Shown here: positions 43,580 to 53,593 of the stretch, piece by piece | How the letters are laid out: each line of letters starts with the position of its first letter | Numbering within the stretch: the stretch's first letter is position 1 | Source of the DNA: Microcoleus sp. | Lineage (GTDB): Bacteria > Cyanobacteriota > Cyanobacteriia > Cyanobacteriales > Microcoleaceae | Assembly: GCA_052279835.1 (NCBI GenBank) | Contig: CP181291.1 | Location: 832,001-896,000, forward strand | DNA length: 64,000 bases | Direction of reading: 5' to 3' | Program-made: the position numbers and the translations under genes | The notes under the pieces: model-generated | Told to the model about the DNA's origin: nothing | What the model saw: the letters and a program-made list of their open reading frames with translations, nothing else | Database searches by the model: none

Positions 43580-44779
43580 GTGAATAATGTCCCCCCCCTC
43601 GACTTAACCAGCCAATACGCCCTGATTGGCGACGAAATAGCTGCGGCGGTACAAAAAGTGCTTGCCTCTGGTGGCTACATCGGCGGCCCGGCTGTGAAGA
43701 CTTTTGAACAAGAGTTCGCCAACTACACCGGAGTTTCCGACTGCGTGGGCTGTAACTCCGGCACTGATGCCCTAATTTTGGCTTTGCGCGCCCTCAAAAT
43801 TGGCCCTGGCGATGAAGTCATCACCACTCCTTTTACCTTTTTTGCCTCGGCTGAGACAATTAGCGCCGTCGGTGCAACTCCAGTGTTTGTCGATATTGAC
43901 TCTGGGACATTTAACATGGATGTCGATCGCCTAGAAGCAGCCATTACCCAAAAAACCAAGGCAATTATGCCCGTGCATATCTTCGGGCAACCCACAGACA
44001 TGACACGGCTCATGGACATTGCCAACAGACACAATCTAGCAGTCATTGAAGATTGCGCCCAATCTGTCGGTGCCCAATGGGAATCTCAAAAAGTCGGCAG
44101 CATCGGCCATGTAGGCTGCTTCAGTTTTTATCCGACCAAAAACTTAGGAGCTTGCGGCGACGGCGGAGCAGTCACCACAAACGATCGGGCCCTGGCAGCA
44201 TCCATGCGGATGCTCAAAGAACACGGCCAGTCCTCCAGATACTTTTACGAAGAAATCGGCTACAACAGCCGTTTAGATGCCATACAAGCAGTGATTCTCA
44301 GCATTAAATTGCGATATCTCGACGCCTGGAATGCTCAGCGGCGCGAAAAAGCCGAATTCTACAGCCAAATTCTCTGCCACATCTCCGGAGTAGACGTACC
44401 ACAAGAATTGCCCAAAGCAAAAGGAGTTTGGAATCAATACACTATCCGGCTCACAAGTCCAGAAAACCCGCACTCCCCTATTTCTCCCTCTAGAAATTTT
44501 CGCGACTGGATGCGGACTCAGTTACAGGAAAACGGCATCGGTTCCATGGTTTACTATCCCTTACCTTTACACCTGCAACCCGTTTACAAATCTTTAGGTT
44601 ATCAGCCTGGTCAGTTGCCCGTGGCGGAGCAAGTTTGTGGCGAAGTCTTGTCTTTGCCCATGTTCCCCGAACTGTCTAGGGATCAACAAGAGCGCGTGAT
44701 TTATGGACTCAAAGATTGCTTAGCTCAATCAGCGACCTTTTTTGACCAAGAAAATGGGATACAAGCCCCGTCCTTCTAG
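43580..44779 (+). CDS. DegT/DnrJ/EryC1/StrS aminotransferase; last 10 aa come from an inserted element
   Basis: NSGTDAL, IEDCAQ, SFYPTKNLGA and GYNSRLD motifs. Confidence 0.93.
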   Translation: MNNVPPLDLTSQYALIGDEIAAAVQKVLASGGYIGGPAVKTFEQEFANYTGVSDCVGCNSGTDALILALRALKIGPGDEVITTPFTFFASAETISAVGATPVFVDIDSGTFNMDVDRLEAAITQKTKAIMPVHIFGQPTDMTRLMDIANRHNLAVIEDCAQSVGAQWESQKVGSIGHVGCFSFYPTKNLGACGDGGAVTTNDRALAASMRMLKEHGQSSRYFYEEIGYNSRLDAIQAVILSIKLRYLDAWNAQRREKAEFYSQILCHISGVDVPQELPKAKGVWNQYTIRLTSPENPHSPISPSRNFRDWMRTQLQENGIGSMVYYPLPLHLQPVYKSLGYQPGQLPVAEQVCGEVLSLPMFPELSRDQQERVIYGLKDCLAQSATFFDQENGIQAPSF

Positions 44780-44925
44780 GACGGCTTTTTGCTAGAATAC
44801 AGATAGTCGCCGAGCGGGCATTGGGAGACTTTAAACGGACAGGTCGGGACTGTAAGACTACCTTGGTAGCAGGACTCGTTGAAGTGTCAAGAATCCCCGC
44901 TCGTTTACGACGGGGAGTATGTCAA
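44747..44925 (+). mobile_element. Non-autonomous IS200/IS605 mini-element: left end + omega-RNA scaffold + right end, no ORF
   Basis: Follows TTGAC; LE hairpin region AAGCCCCGTCCTTCTAGGACGGCTTT; 3' part collinear with 29515-29634; ends GGGGAGTATGTCAA. Confidence 0.88.
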
Positions 44926-45112
44926 TAAGCACTTGTACTTTTATGTACTATAGTTAATGAAAAGAAACAAATTTAGAAGAAGGAAGAAGGAAGAAGGAAG
45001 AAGGAAAAAGGAACAGGGAAGACAGTTTTAACTACCCATGCCCAATGCCCGACACCCAATGCCCCATTCCCTATAAATTGTCAATTTCGGAAACTAAGAG
45101 GAAAATAAACGA

Positions 45113-46789
45113 GTGCGTCAGTATCAATCTACTCAAGCTAGACGCTACGATCCACAAGCGATCGCTCAGTATTACCGCAACCGTCCTTGGAAAGCAATTT
45201 GGCGAGCCATCACCGTTATTTGGTCCTTTTCAGGCTTCGTCATCGGGATGCTGTGGGACAGTTGGCAGCACGAAGTCGCCGCACACCAGCCGGAACGAGC
45301 GGCACACCTGCGACAAATACTGACTCGCTTGGGTCCCACTTTCATTAAAGTCGGTCAAGCGCTCTCGACCAGACCAGACTTGATCCGCAAAGACTTTCTC
45401 CAAGAACTGATCAAACTCCAGGATCAGTTACCGCCCTTTGACTCTGCCCTGGCCTTTGAGATTATTGAAGCAGAACTCGATCGCAAAATTAGCGACACTT
45501 ACAGCCAAATCTCCGCAGAACCAGTCGCAGCAGCCAGTCTCGGCCAAGTCTATCGGGCTCGTCTGATCACCGGAGAAGCAGTCGCCGTCAAAGTTCAGCG
45601 ACCAAACTTGCTCCCCATCTTGAGTCTTGACCTCTACTTAATGCGCCAGGCCGCCGGATTATTAGGCCCATTCTTGCCACTAAATCTCGGTCACGACCTC
45701 AGTTTAATTGTCGATGAATTCGGCATTAAATTGTTCGAGGAAATCGACTACATCAATGAAGGCCGCAACGCCGAGAAATTTGCGACAAATTTTGCCGATG
45801 ACCCCACAGTAAAAGTACCGAGCATCTACTGGCGCTATACTTCAAAATCCGTTCTCACTCTTGAGTGGATTGACGGCATCAAGCTGACCGATATGGCAAG
45901 CGTTAAAGCCGCAGGTTTGGATACCAATAGCTTAATTGAAGTCGGAGTCCGCAGCGGTTTACGACAGTTGCTAGAACACGGATTTTTTCACGCAGACCCC
46001 CATCCAGGAAATCTATTTGCTCTAGCGGACGGCCGCATGGCATATATCGATTTTGGGATGATGGATCAGATGGAAGAAACAACTAAAGAAACTTTGGTTG
46101 ATTCCGTCGTTCATTTAATCAACAAAGATTATTTAGAGTTAGCCAAAGATTTTGTAAAACTCGGCTTTTTGACTCCAGATACAAATATTATGCCCATCGT
46201 CCCGGCCCTAGAATCTGTACTGGGAGATATCGTCGGCGAAAAGGTAGGAGATTTTAACTTCAAAACGATTACAGACCAGTTTTCGGAATTGATGTACGAT
46301 TATCCTTTCCGAGTGCCGGCCAAGTTTGCCTTAATTATTCGCTCTCTGGTGACAGAAGAAGGTTTGGCCCTGACGCTAAATCCAGATTTCAAGATAGTTG
46401 AGGTTGCCTATCCTTACGTGGCGCGACGTTTGTTGAACGGGGAATCTCCGGCACTGCGGCGGCGCTTGATTGAGGTATTATTCAAGGATGGCAAATTCCA
46501 GTGGAATAGATTAGAGGAGATGATCGCGATCGCTAGGTCCGATCGGAGTTTCGATCTACTCCCGACTGCACAACTAGGTTTACAATTCTTGCTATCCGAG
46601 GAAGGCTCGTTTTTGCGACGCCAGCTAATGCTAGCTTTGATTGAGGACGATCGCATCCACACAGCAGAAGTTGGCAGCCTGTGGAACCTAGTCAAGGAAG
46701 ACCTGCAACCAAGCCGCCTATTCAACGTTGCTCTGGGCGCATTAGCAGAACTTTCCACAGAAGGAGCAGCCGCCCTCACTCGATTTTAG
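45113..46789 (+). CDS. ABC1/AarF/UbiB family kinase
   Basis: GPTFIKVGQ, AAASLGQVY, HADPHPGN and IDFGM motifs. Confidence 0.93.
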   Translation: MRQYQSTQARRYDPQAIAQYYRNRPWKAIWRAITVIWSFSGFVIGMLWDSWQHEVAAHQPERAAHLRQILTRLGPTFIKVGQALSTRPDLIRKDFLQELIKLQDQLPPFDSALAFEIIEAELDRKISDTYSQISAEPVAAASLGQVYRARLITGEAVAVKVQRPNLLPILSLDLYLMRQAAGLLGPFLPLNLGHDLSLIVDEFGIKLFEEIDYINEGRNAEKFATNFADDPTVKVPSIYWRYTSKSVLTLEWIDGIKLTDMASVKAAGLDTNSLIEVGVRSGLRQLLEHGFFHADPHPGNLFALADGRMAYIDFGMMDQMEETTKETLVDSVVHLINKDYLELAKDFVKLGFLTPDTNIMPIVPALESVLGDIVGEKVGDFNFKTITDQFSELMYDYPFRVPAKFALIIRSLVTEEGLALTLNPDFKIVEVAYPYVARRLLNGESPALRRRLIEVLFKDGKFQWNRLEEMIAIARSDRSFDLLPTAQLGLQFLLSEEGSFLRRQLMLALIEDDRIHTAEVGSLWNLVKEDLQPSRLFNVALGALAELSTEGAAALTRF

Positions 46790-46897
46790 TTAGTCATTAG
46801 TCATTAGTCATTGGTAATTAGTTATGAGTCAAAAGACAATTACCAATTACCAATTACCAATTCCCCATTCCCAATTACCAAACTTTAGGAATTATTC

Positions 46898-47272
46898 GTG
46901 TATTATTTTCCCGAACCTCCCTATTTTTTTATGACCGCTGGATTGCTAGCAGGAATCGCCTCTGGTTTAGCCTTTGAAGCAACCCTCAAAGAAGCCGTCA
47001 AGCTCTGGTCAAAAAATCGTTCTACACGCACTTTAGCTAACCTCCAAGGATTACAATTATTCGTGCCTTTCCTGGGAATGGCAGGAGGAATTTGTGTATT
47101 TTTAGCTTCCGGTGTAGAGATTTTTGGAATTCCTAAATTGTTTTCTTATGCTTTGTCTCTACCACTAACCGTACTCACAGGCTGGCTAATTTGGAGACAG
47201 TTAGGTAAGCTTTTATTGGAGTTAGAACGGGGAGGCTCCCAAGCCCTTGATTTAGATTCCTTTGAAGGATGA
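46898..47272 (+). CDS. Cyanobacterial membrane hypothetical protein
   Basis: 124 aa with three TM segments; PEPPYF start, ALDLDSF end. Confidence 0.75.
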   Translation: MYYFPEPPYFFMTAGLLAGIASGLAFEATLKEAVKLWSKNRSTRTLANLQGLQLFVPFLGMAGGICVFLASGVEIFGIPKLFSYALSLPLTVLTGWLIWRQLGKLLLELERGGSQALDLDSFEG

Positions 47273-47451
47273 TAATCAACAATTACCCCCTTTTTTGAGA
47301 AAAAAAGGGGTTGATTGTTCTCTAATATTTGAGCCTAATTAATTTAGATAATTTTTGAACCGCAGAGGACGCAGAGAACGCAGAGTTAGAGGCAGAAGAG
47401 ACTCGCAATTTATTCAATAATTTCTGTAAAAGCTTTAAAATCTAAAATAGA

Positions 47452-48402
47452 ATGAGTATTTTTATTGTTACGGGTGCCGCGGGATTTATTGGTTCTAACT
47501 TAGTAGAAACTCTTTTAAATAGAGGAGAGACAGTAATAGGTGTTGATGAGTTCAACGATTATTACGATCCCTCACTAAAACGTAAAAATATTGCACGATT
47601 TGAAAACTATCCTGGTTTTGAATTGGTGGAAGGAGATATTTTGTCTCTAAATTGGTCATCGCTTTTGTCCGATGCTAAGGTGATTTTTCATCAGGCCGCC
47701 CAGGCGGGAGTTCGTGCTAGCTGGGGCGAGGGTTTTCGCAGCTATACCGAACGCAATATTAACAGCACCCAAGTATTATTAGAAGCTGCTAAAAATGCAC
47801 CAAGACTGCAAAAGTTTGTCTACGCTTCTTCTTCCTCAATTTACGGAAATGCTGAATCTTTCCCCACGAGTGAAAATGCTTGTCCCCAGCCCGTTTCTCC
47901 CTACGGAATTACGAAGTTAGCTGGTGAACGTTTGTGCGGGCTTTACTATCAGAATTTTGGTGTTCCCACAACTTCGCTGCGTTATTTTACTGTTTATGGG
48001 CCTCGACAGCGCCCTGATATGGCTTTTCACAAGTTTTTTAAGTCGATTTTTTTCAACCAGCCGATTTCTATTTTTGGCGATGGATTACAAACGCGGGATT
48101 TTACTTTTATCAGCGATTGCGTTGCTGCTAATTTAGCGGCGGCTGAGGTTGCAGAAGCTGCGGGGGAAGTTTTTAATATTGGTGGGGGAAGTCGCGTGGT
48201 TTTGAAAGAAGTTATTGATACAATACAGCAAATTGTCGATCGACCCATTCGGATCGAATTTACCGAAACGGCGCGGGGTGACGCGCGACACACTAGCGCT
48301 GATGTATCTAAAGCTAAGAAAATATTGGGTTATCAGCCAAAAGTTAGTTTAGAAGCAGGATTGAGGCAAGAATGGGAGTGGATTCAGTCTTTGTACAGTT
48401 AA
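47452..48402 (+). CDS. NAD-dependent nucleotide-sugar epimerase/dehydratase
   Basis: TGAAGFIGS, AAQAGVR, YGITK and RPDMA motifs. Confidence 0.92.
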   Translation: MSIFIVTGAAGFIGSNLVETLLNRGETVIGVDEFNDYYDPSLKRKNIARFENYPGFELVEGDILSLNWSSLLSDAKVIFHQAAQAGVRASWGEGFRSYTERNINSTQVLLEAAKNAPRLQKFVYASSSSIYGNAESFPTSENACPQPVSPYGITKLAGERLCGLYYQNFGVPTTSLRYFTVYGPRQRPDMAFHKFFKSIFFNQPISIFGDGLQTRDFTFISDCVAANLAAAEVAEAAGEVFNIGGGSRVVLKEVIDTIQQIVDRPIRIEFTETARGDARHTSADVSKAKKILGYQPKVSLEAGLRQEWEWIQSLYS

Positions 48403-48644
48403 ATCCTATAACACTTACCCAAAAAACCCGGTTTCTTGGAAAAATCGTCGCTATATCCGAGAGATATTGATGCAGAAACCGGGTTTTTGACCGGTTTATC
48501 AAGTAGGGACACGGCTTTGCTGTGTCCTCTATATCATTCCGATACAACTGGATTTGATATGATTTAACCGCGAAGGCGCAAAGGACGCGAAGGAAGAGAA
48601 GAGAGAGATTAATAATTACGATGATGAGAGGATTTGATATTATC

Positions 48645-49667
48645 CTATTTATCCCAGAAATTCCGCAACTTAAATTGAACATTATTAACTTTTTGAATTC
48701 CCCAACTTTTGAGACTTCTGTGGAAGCGAACTAGCAAATTTGGAGGGCTGAGTTTTGGCTGGGTTTCCGGCGACTTCAAATAACGGTAGTGCAGAAATAT
48801 ATCTCGGTAGGGAATCTCCACATCTTCGCCAGCACACAATCGATTAATTTTGGCCGCCGAAATACTCATGTAGTGCAAATAAGTGAGCCGCCGTCCTTTA
48901 TCGTATAGAACATTATCTTTCACATCAAATTGGGAAGACCAATGATTCCCCGTCACCTGTTCTGGTTGAGCATAGGCAAAGTTGTAAAAAGAGATTTGGC
49001 TGCGGGCGACTAAATAGTTAAGTAAAGATTGGTCAGCCCCCCGCAAAGACATAATTTCCGCTTCTCCTGATGTTAAATATTCTAAATATTGAGAGCAATT
49101 ATTCCGATTTAAAATCCCCGATTTTGACGCAAACCAACCCGCACAAAAAGTATGAGATTGCAGTTGGTCAATATTTAAAATTTGTGGCAATTTGGGAGAG
49201 GATAAATCAAATATATAATTGAGGTCTGATTTGTATTGAAAATCGTTAGCTACCCAATCAAAGTCATCAAGTTTTTCATATATGTAATCCAGACTTCCCA
49301 TTAACAGAGTGTCTGCGTCAAAATAGATGAATTTATCGAAATCGCCGTCAAAACAACATAATTTTCGGTGCATTTCCAAACATTGAACTGGTTTCCAACC
49401 TTTAGATTTCCAAACTTTTTGAGCTTTCCCATGAGTTTGCCAAACTTGAGTGGCAAATTTTTCCCAAAACATGATTGAATCGGTATTTTCAAACAAGGTG
49501 ACATGAGGACGAGTTGCAATTTCTAGGCGCACTTTTTGCAGTCTCTCATCATAGGGAATGATGCAAACAGGAATATCTTTTGCCCCATTCACTTCCAGAC
49601 TGTTTAATAAGGCGACTAAGTGGTCGAAAACCACATCATTTGCTAGTATATAAATACCATCAATCAT
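48645..49667 (-). CDS. Npun_R2821/R2822-family glycosyltransferase-like protein
   Basis: GIYILAND, YFDADT (DxD), ADQSLLNY; paralog of its neighbours. Confidence 0.75.
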   Translation of the reverse strand: MIDGIYILANDVVFDHLVALLNSLEVNGAKDIPVCIIPYDERLQKVRLEIATRPHVTLFENTDSIMFWEKFATQVWQTHGKAQKVWKSKGWKPVQCLEMHRKLCCFDGDFDKFIYFDADTLLMGSLDYIYEKLDDFDWVANDFQYKSDLNYIFDLSSPKLPQILNIDQLQSHTFCAGWFASKSGILNRNNCSQYLEYLTSGEAEIMSLRGADQSLLNYLVARSQISFYNFAYAQPEQVTGNHWSSQFDVKDNVLYDKGRRLTYLHYMSISAAKINRLCAGEDVEIPYRDIFLHYRYLKSPETQPKLSPPNLLVRFHRSLKSWGIQKVNNVQFKLRNFWDK

Positions 49668-49859
49668 AATTTTAAAATAAATTATATCAGGTTCTGTTGA
49701 TGGGCTGGTAACGCTGATCCGGAGGATTTACCTCCAATTTCACTCCGCAATAAGCGAGGCAGAGCCTCTGGATATCGGTTCCCAGGCTCTGCCTGGGAAC
49801 CAGTTATTGGTAAAATTAACTATCTCGTAAACCCGCCCCCTCCCTCCCTACAAACAATA

Positions 49860-50732
49860 TTATCCCTGCCAATATCGAAATATTCTTTGCACTAAATTGG
49901 GTTTTTCCTCATTCAGATAACGATAATGTTTCCACAGTTTCCAGTAAGGACTACCAGATTTAATCGGTATTCCGGCCCAATGAATATATTTTAACCTTTT
50001 ACCTTTGTCATAAAGCACATAATCTATTTCCTGAAAATGCTTGGAACCAGCCCAGCTTCCCGGTTCTGATTCGGTCGATTTCACCAGGTTACAGCGTTTG
50101 GGAATTAGTTTAAGAATCAGGTAATTTAGTATAGGTTGATCGGTGACATTTTGAGTGAAGTCGAAATATTCTCGATGCTGCGAACATTCGCGCAATATTT
50201 CGTACATTTGCGATTCTGAAATAGTTCCTTTCCGCGAAGCCCAAAAGCCGCTGTTGAAGACATCTTGAAGTTCGGAATCTGTGAAAATATTTTGTGCTTT
50301 GACAATGGGTGAAAATACATTCCGTAGTTTTTCGCTGAGGTGGTGGTAGTCGCAGCAAAAAAAGTCTACTTCCGATAGTTTGTTGAGGTTGGCTGCGATG
50401 TCTTCAAAGACGATGATATCGGTATCGATGTACAGAAATTCGTCGAGAGGGCCAAACCAGGCGACGAGTTTTCGCATTTTGTTAGGGAGGGCTAAAAAGT
50501 TGCGATCGAATATTTGCCCAATTTCTCTGGTAAACTGTTCGACAAACTCCAGATTTGGGAACAATTGCACCCCGTGGAGATGGCTGAGTGTGGCGGCGAC
50601 TTGCTGATAATTCTCATCGAAGGGAATCAAAAAAACTGGTACTTGACGATTGTACAAACCTATGCTGTTCATAAGTGCGATCGCACTTTCCATCACCCGA
50701 TCGTTCGCCACAATATAAATACCGCGATTCAT
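49860..50732 (-). CDS. Npun_R2821/R2822-family glycosyltransferase-like protein
   Basis: GIYIVAND, YIDTDI, TDQPILNY. Confidence 0.75.
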   Translation of the reverse strand: MNRGIYIVANDRVMESAIALMNSIGLYNRQVPVFLIPFDENYQQVAATLSHLHGVQLFPNLEFVEQFTREIGQIFDRNFLALPNKMRKLVAWFGPLDEFLYIDTDIIVFEDIAANLNKLSEVDFFCCDYHHLSEKLRNVFSPIVKAQNIFTDSELQDVFNSGFWASRKGTISESQMYEILRECSQHREYFDFTQNVTDQPILNYLILKLIPKRCNLVKSTESEPGSWAGSKHFQEIDYVLYDKGKRLKYIHWAGIPIKSGSPYWKLWKHYRYLNEEKPNLVQRIFRYWQG

Positions 50733-51703
50733 CTATTTATCCTCAACCTTCTCCATACCCTTGTTAACAAATTCGACCTAGAAACCTCAGTATAAGACTT
50801 CGGCGCTTCCCGAAAAACTGGACTCTGGGACGGTTCCCGGAGATAGCGATAATGCAGAAACAAATCGCGATAGGGAAAATCAATGTTTTCCCCCCCACAA
50901 ACTCTCCGAATTAAATCCGGTGGTACGCCAATATAATGAATGTAAGTCAGTCGATTTCCCTTGTCATACAAAATTTTATCCTGCTCTTCAAAATGTTGAG
51001 AACTGACACAACACCCAGTTTTTGCATCCTCCGGTAAACTATAAGCAAAATTATAACTACTCATGCCAGTTTTCATCACCATATAATTGAGCAACGGCTG
51101 TTCTCCCGCACCTTCATAGAGAATTTCCCCATCCCCCGATTGCAGTTGAGATACCAGCCATGCTCTAGTATTTTGCTCAAAAAATCCTTGCTTGCTCCCA
51201 TAAAATCCAGAACAAAATATTTCTGATTCTATCCGCTCTTGCTCAAACACTTTAACCAGTTTAGGTGATTTAATGTTGTAGACTTTAGTAGGGTCCCTAA
51301 ATTGAAAATCATAAACTACAAAATCCGATTTATCTAACTGCCGAAAAACTGCATCAAGGGAATTCATCAGCAAAGTATCAGCATCCATATAGATAAACTT
51401 TGCAAACGGACCGTCGAAAGCACAAAAACGTCTGTGTGCGCCGTAAAGCCGAAACTTTTTGCGGTTCAAACGCTCTGGCGCAGCAGCTTCCATAAATTTG
51501 TCCCATCGCTCAATAGAAGCGCTATCTTCATAAATAAAAACATTAGGACGGTTGACAATTTCCCCTTTAATTTGCTCTATTTGGTCATCGAAAGGATAAA
51601 TACAAACGGGAATACTTGAGCCTAAAATAACTTCAATACTGTTGAGCAAAGCAACAAGTTGGTCGTAAACTGTATCATTAGCTAGCGTGCAAATTCCATT
51701 CAT
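50729..51703 (-). CDS. Npun_R2821/R2822-family glycosyltransferase-like protein
   Basis: MNGICTLAND, YMDADT, GEQPLLNY; ATG after GGAGG; the track's extension is tandem repeat. Confidence 0.75.
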   Translation of the reverse strand: MNGICTLANDTVYDQLVALLNSIEVILGSSIPVCIYPFDDQIEQIKGEIVNRPNVFIYEDSASIERWDKFMEAAAPERLNRKKFRLYGAHRRFCAFDGPFAKFIYMDADTLLMNSLDAVFRQLDKSDFVVYDFQFRDPTKVYNIKSPKLVKVFEQERIESEIFCSGFYGSKQGFFEQNTRAWLVSQLQSGDGEILYEGAGEQPLLNYMVMKTGMSSYNFAYSLPEDAKTGCCVSSQHFEEQDKILYDKGNRLTYIHYIGVPPDLIRRVCGGENIDFPYRDLFLHYRYLREPSQSPVFREAPKSYTEVSRSNLLTRVWRRLRINR

Positions 51704-51723
51704 AAACACCTCCTCTCGATCGC

Positions 51724-51973
51724 AAAATAGTCTCAGAAATCTCTCTGCGTCCTCTGCGCCCTCTGCGGTTAAAAAATCCCCCTCCAACCAGAAACAAGCA
51801 CGTATCGACCAAAAAATAGTCTCAGAAATCTCTCTGCGTCCTCTGCGCCCTCTGCGGTTAAAAAATCCCCCTCCAACCAGAAACAAGCACGTATCGACCA
51901 AAAAATAGTCTCAGAAATCTCTCTGCGTCCTCTGCGCCCTCTGCGGTTAAAAAATCCCCCTCCAACCAGAAAC
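51724..51973. repeat. 89-bp tandem repeat, about 2.8 copies
   Basis: TCTCAGAAAT recurs at 51731, 51820 and 51909; the units look identical by eye. Confidence 0.92.
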
Positions 51974-52097
51974 GATCGCCTATTTAGACCTTCCTACCGC
52001 AGCCGTAGGAGGGATTCGAGTCTGTTTAACTAAACAGTCTGTGAAGAACAGGCAGGATGCCTGTTCCACAATTATGGGAGAATTCTCATGGTTTGAG

Positions 52098-53027
52098 CTA
52101 CGCTTGTTGCTCTGGCATTTCCAGCAACTCAGGAATCGTCACAAACCGATATCCCTGCTTTTTCAAACCAGCAATCATATCAGGTAAGGCTTTAATAGTA
52201 CGAGATCGATCGCCCCCGCCATCGTGCATCAACACAATCGCACCCGGTTTCGCACCCTTGAGCACATTTTCCACAAAAGCTTCTGGTTGAGCCCGCGGAT
52301 CGGTATCTGCGGAAGTTACAGACCACATTACCACAGAATAATTGTGCTCTTTGGCATACTTGGCCAAGCCATTATTCAAAACTCCCCCAGGTGGGCGAAA
52401 GTAAGTTGTCTTAACTCCCGTGGTTTCGTAAATCAGTTTGGCGGTGCGATCGATTTCGTCAGCAGCCGTCGCCGCATCCATTGGATCGTAGGGATGATGC
52501 CACGTATGATTGCCGATCGCATGACCTTCGGCGACAACTCTCCGAGCAATTTCCGGTGAACGTTCCAGAGATTTACCTATCCAAAAAAATGTCGCTTTTA
52601 CATCATTTTTCTGAAAAATATCTAGCATTTGTTCAGTTGTTTCCGGCCAAGGCCCGTCATCAACAGTTAGGGCAATAACTTTATCTGACTTGTTTACTTG
52701 TCCTTCAAAAATAGTCGTTCCTTGAAATTTTTCTGGCGGTACAAAGGTCAGCAGTTTTTCTTTCGATTCTAATACAGTGAGAAGTTGTTGAATCTGGCGA
52801 TCGAGATTAAACTCTGTTTGATTGTCTCCTACCTCATGAAATAAAGGATTTGACGTTAAAGATTGGTTAAGGTTTTGCACCTGAGCCACAGCAGTGCCGG
52901 GATGGTGATTCGGCTGGAACTCCGGCATGAGGGAACCCATGACCAAGCTAATGGCTGCTCCAGCCAGTACGATCGCCAGAAAACGCCATTTTTTTCTTAG
53001 TAGTTGAAATAAATGATTTCCGCTCAC
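52098..53027 (-). CDS. Polysaccharide deacetylase (NodB/CE4)
   Basis: ALTVDDGP, GNHTWHH, FRPPGG and VLMHDGGG motifs; N-terminal TM. Confidence 0.92.
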   Translation of the reverse strand: MSGNHLFQLLRKKWRFLAIVLAGAAISLVMGSLMPEFQPNHHPGTAVAQVQNLNQSLTSNPLFHEVGDNQTEFNLDRQIQQLLTVLESKEKLLTFVPPEKFQGTTIFEGQVNKSDKVIALTVDDGPWPETTEQMLDIFQKNDVKATFFWIGKSLERSPEIARRVVAEGHAIGNHTWHHPYDPMDAATAADEIDRTAKLIYETTGVKTTYFRPPGGVLNNGLAKYAKEHNYSVVMWSVTSADTDPRAQPEAFVENVLKGAKPGAIVLMHDGGGDRSRTIKALPDMIAGLKKQGYRFVTIPELLEMPEQQA

Positions 53028-53164
53028 TTCAGATTCCTTTCACTCCACAATGCCCAATATGATAAAGGGAATTGTGGCGCAAAAATCTAAAGCCGATCTA
53101 TATCTATATAGATCTCACAACCGAGACTTCTGTAACAAGTCGCAGTGCTAACAGCAAAATCCAG

Positions 53165-53341
53165 TCTCTGCTGCAGGCTCGATCGCACCAAGCCTGCAAG
53201 TTCGGATACTCATCACAAAATATCCCAAACATCCTATCTAGGTTAAGTTCGATCGGCTCACAAGCCATCTGCTTTTCCAGAAGGGGCCACCCACAGGCGG
53301 CGAGAATTCAGAGAAATGGGAGTGTAGTACAGCTTCAGCAT
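53165..53341 (-). pseudogene. Glutathione S-transferase remnant
   Basis: GGAGG + MLKLYYTPISLNSRRLWVA, then a frameshift to LLEKQMACEPIELNL joined to C-terminal-like DEYPNLQAWCDR. Confidence 0.7.
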
Positions 53342-53457
53342 TGAATTTACCTCCCGTGACACTACCACTTTAGCTCCCACATCTCTTGATTGATAAGAGG
53401 TTCAGCCCCAAAACAGCCCCTCGGCTTTCCCGCCAAGCAGCAGATCGAAAAAAAAAT

Positions 53458-53502
53458 TGTATTACCCCCTTGACAGTTGTGTAATACGTAATGTAGTATA
53501 AA
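53458..53502 (+). promoter_or_regulatory. Sigma70-type promoter of the tRNA array with three TGTANTA(C/T) operator-like boxes
   Basis: TTGACA (53470-75), 18 nt, TAGTAT (53494-99); boxes at 53458, 53480 and 53492. Confidence 0.7.
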
Positions 53503-53551
53503 TGTATGGCGAAGGGGAAAGAGCCTCAAAGCTTTATCTCAAGAGCAATAT

Positions 53552-53570
53552 GAACCTTGACAACCAAATA
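53552..53570 (+). promoter_or_regulatory. boxA-like antitermination site
   Basis: GAACCTTGACAACCAAATA resembles the cyanobacterial rrn boxA GAACCTTGAAAA. Confidence 0.6.
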
Positions 53571-53593
53571 GATAATTAATCATGTCACAGACT

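Noticed and set aside
51724..51973. Possible CRISPR array
   Set aside because: The units are identical end to end with no unique spacers, and there are no cas genes; it is a simple tandem repeat.
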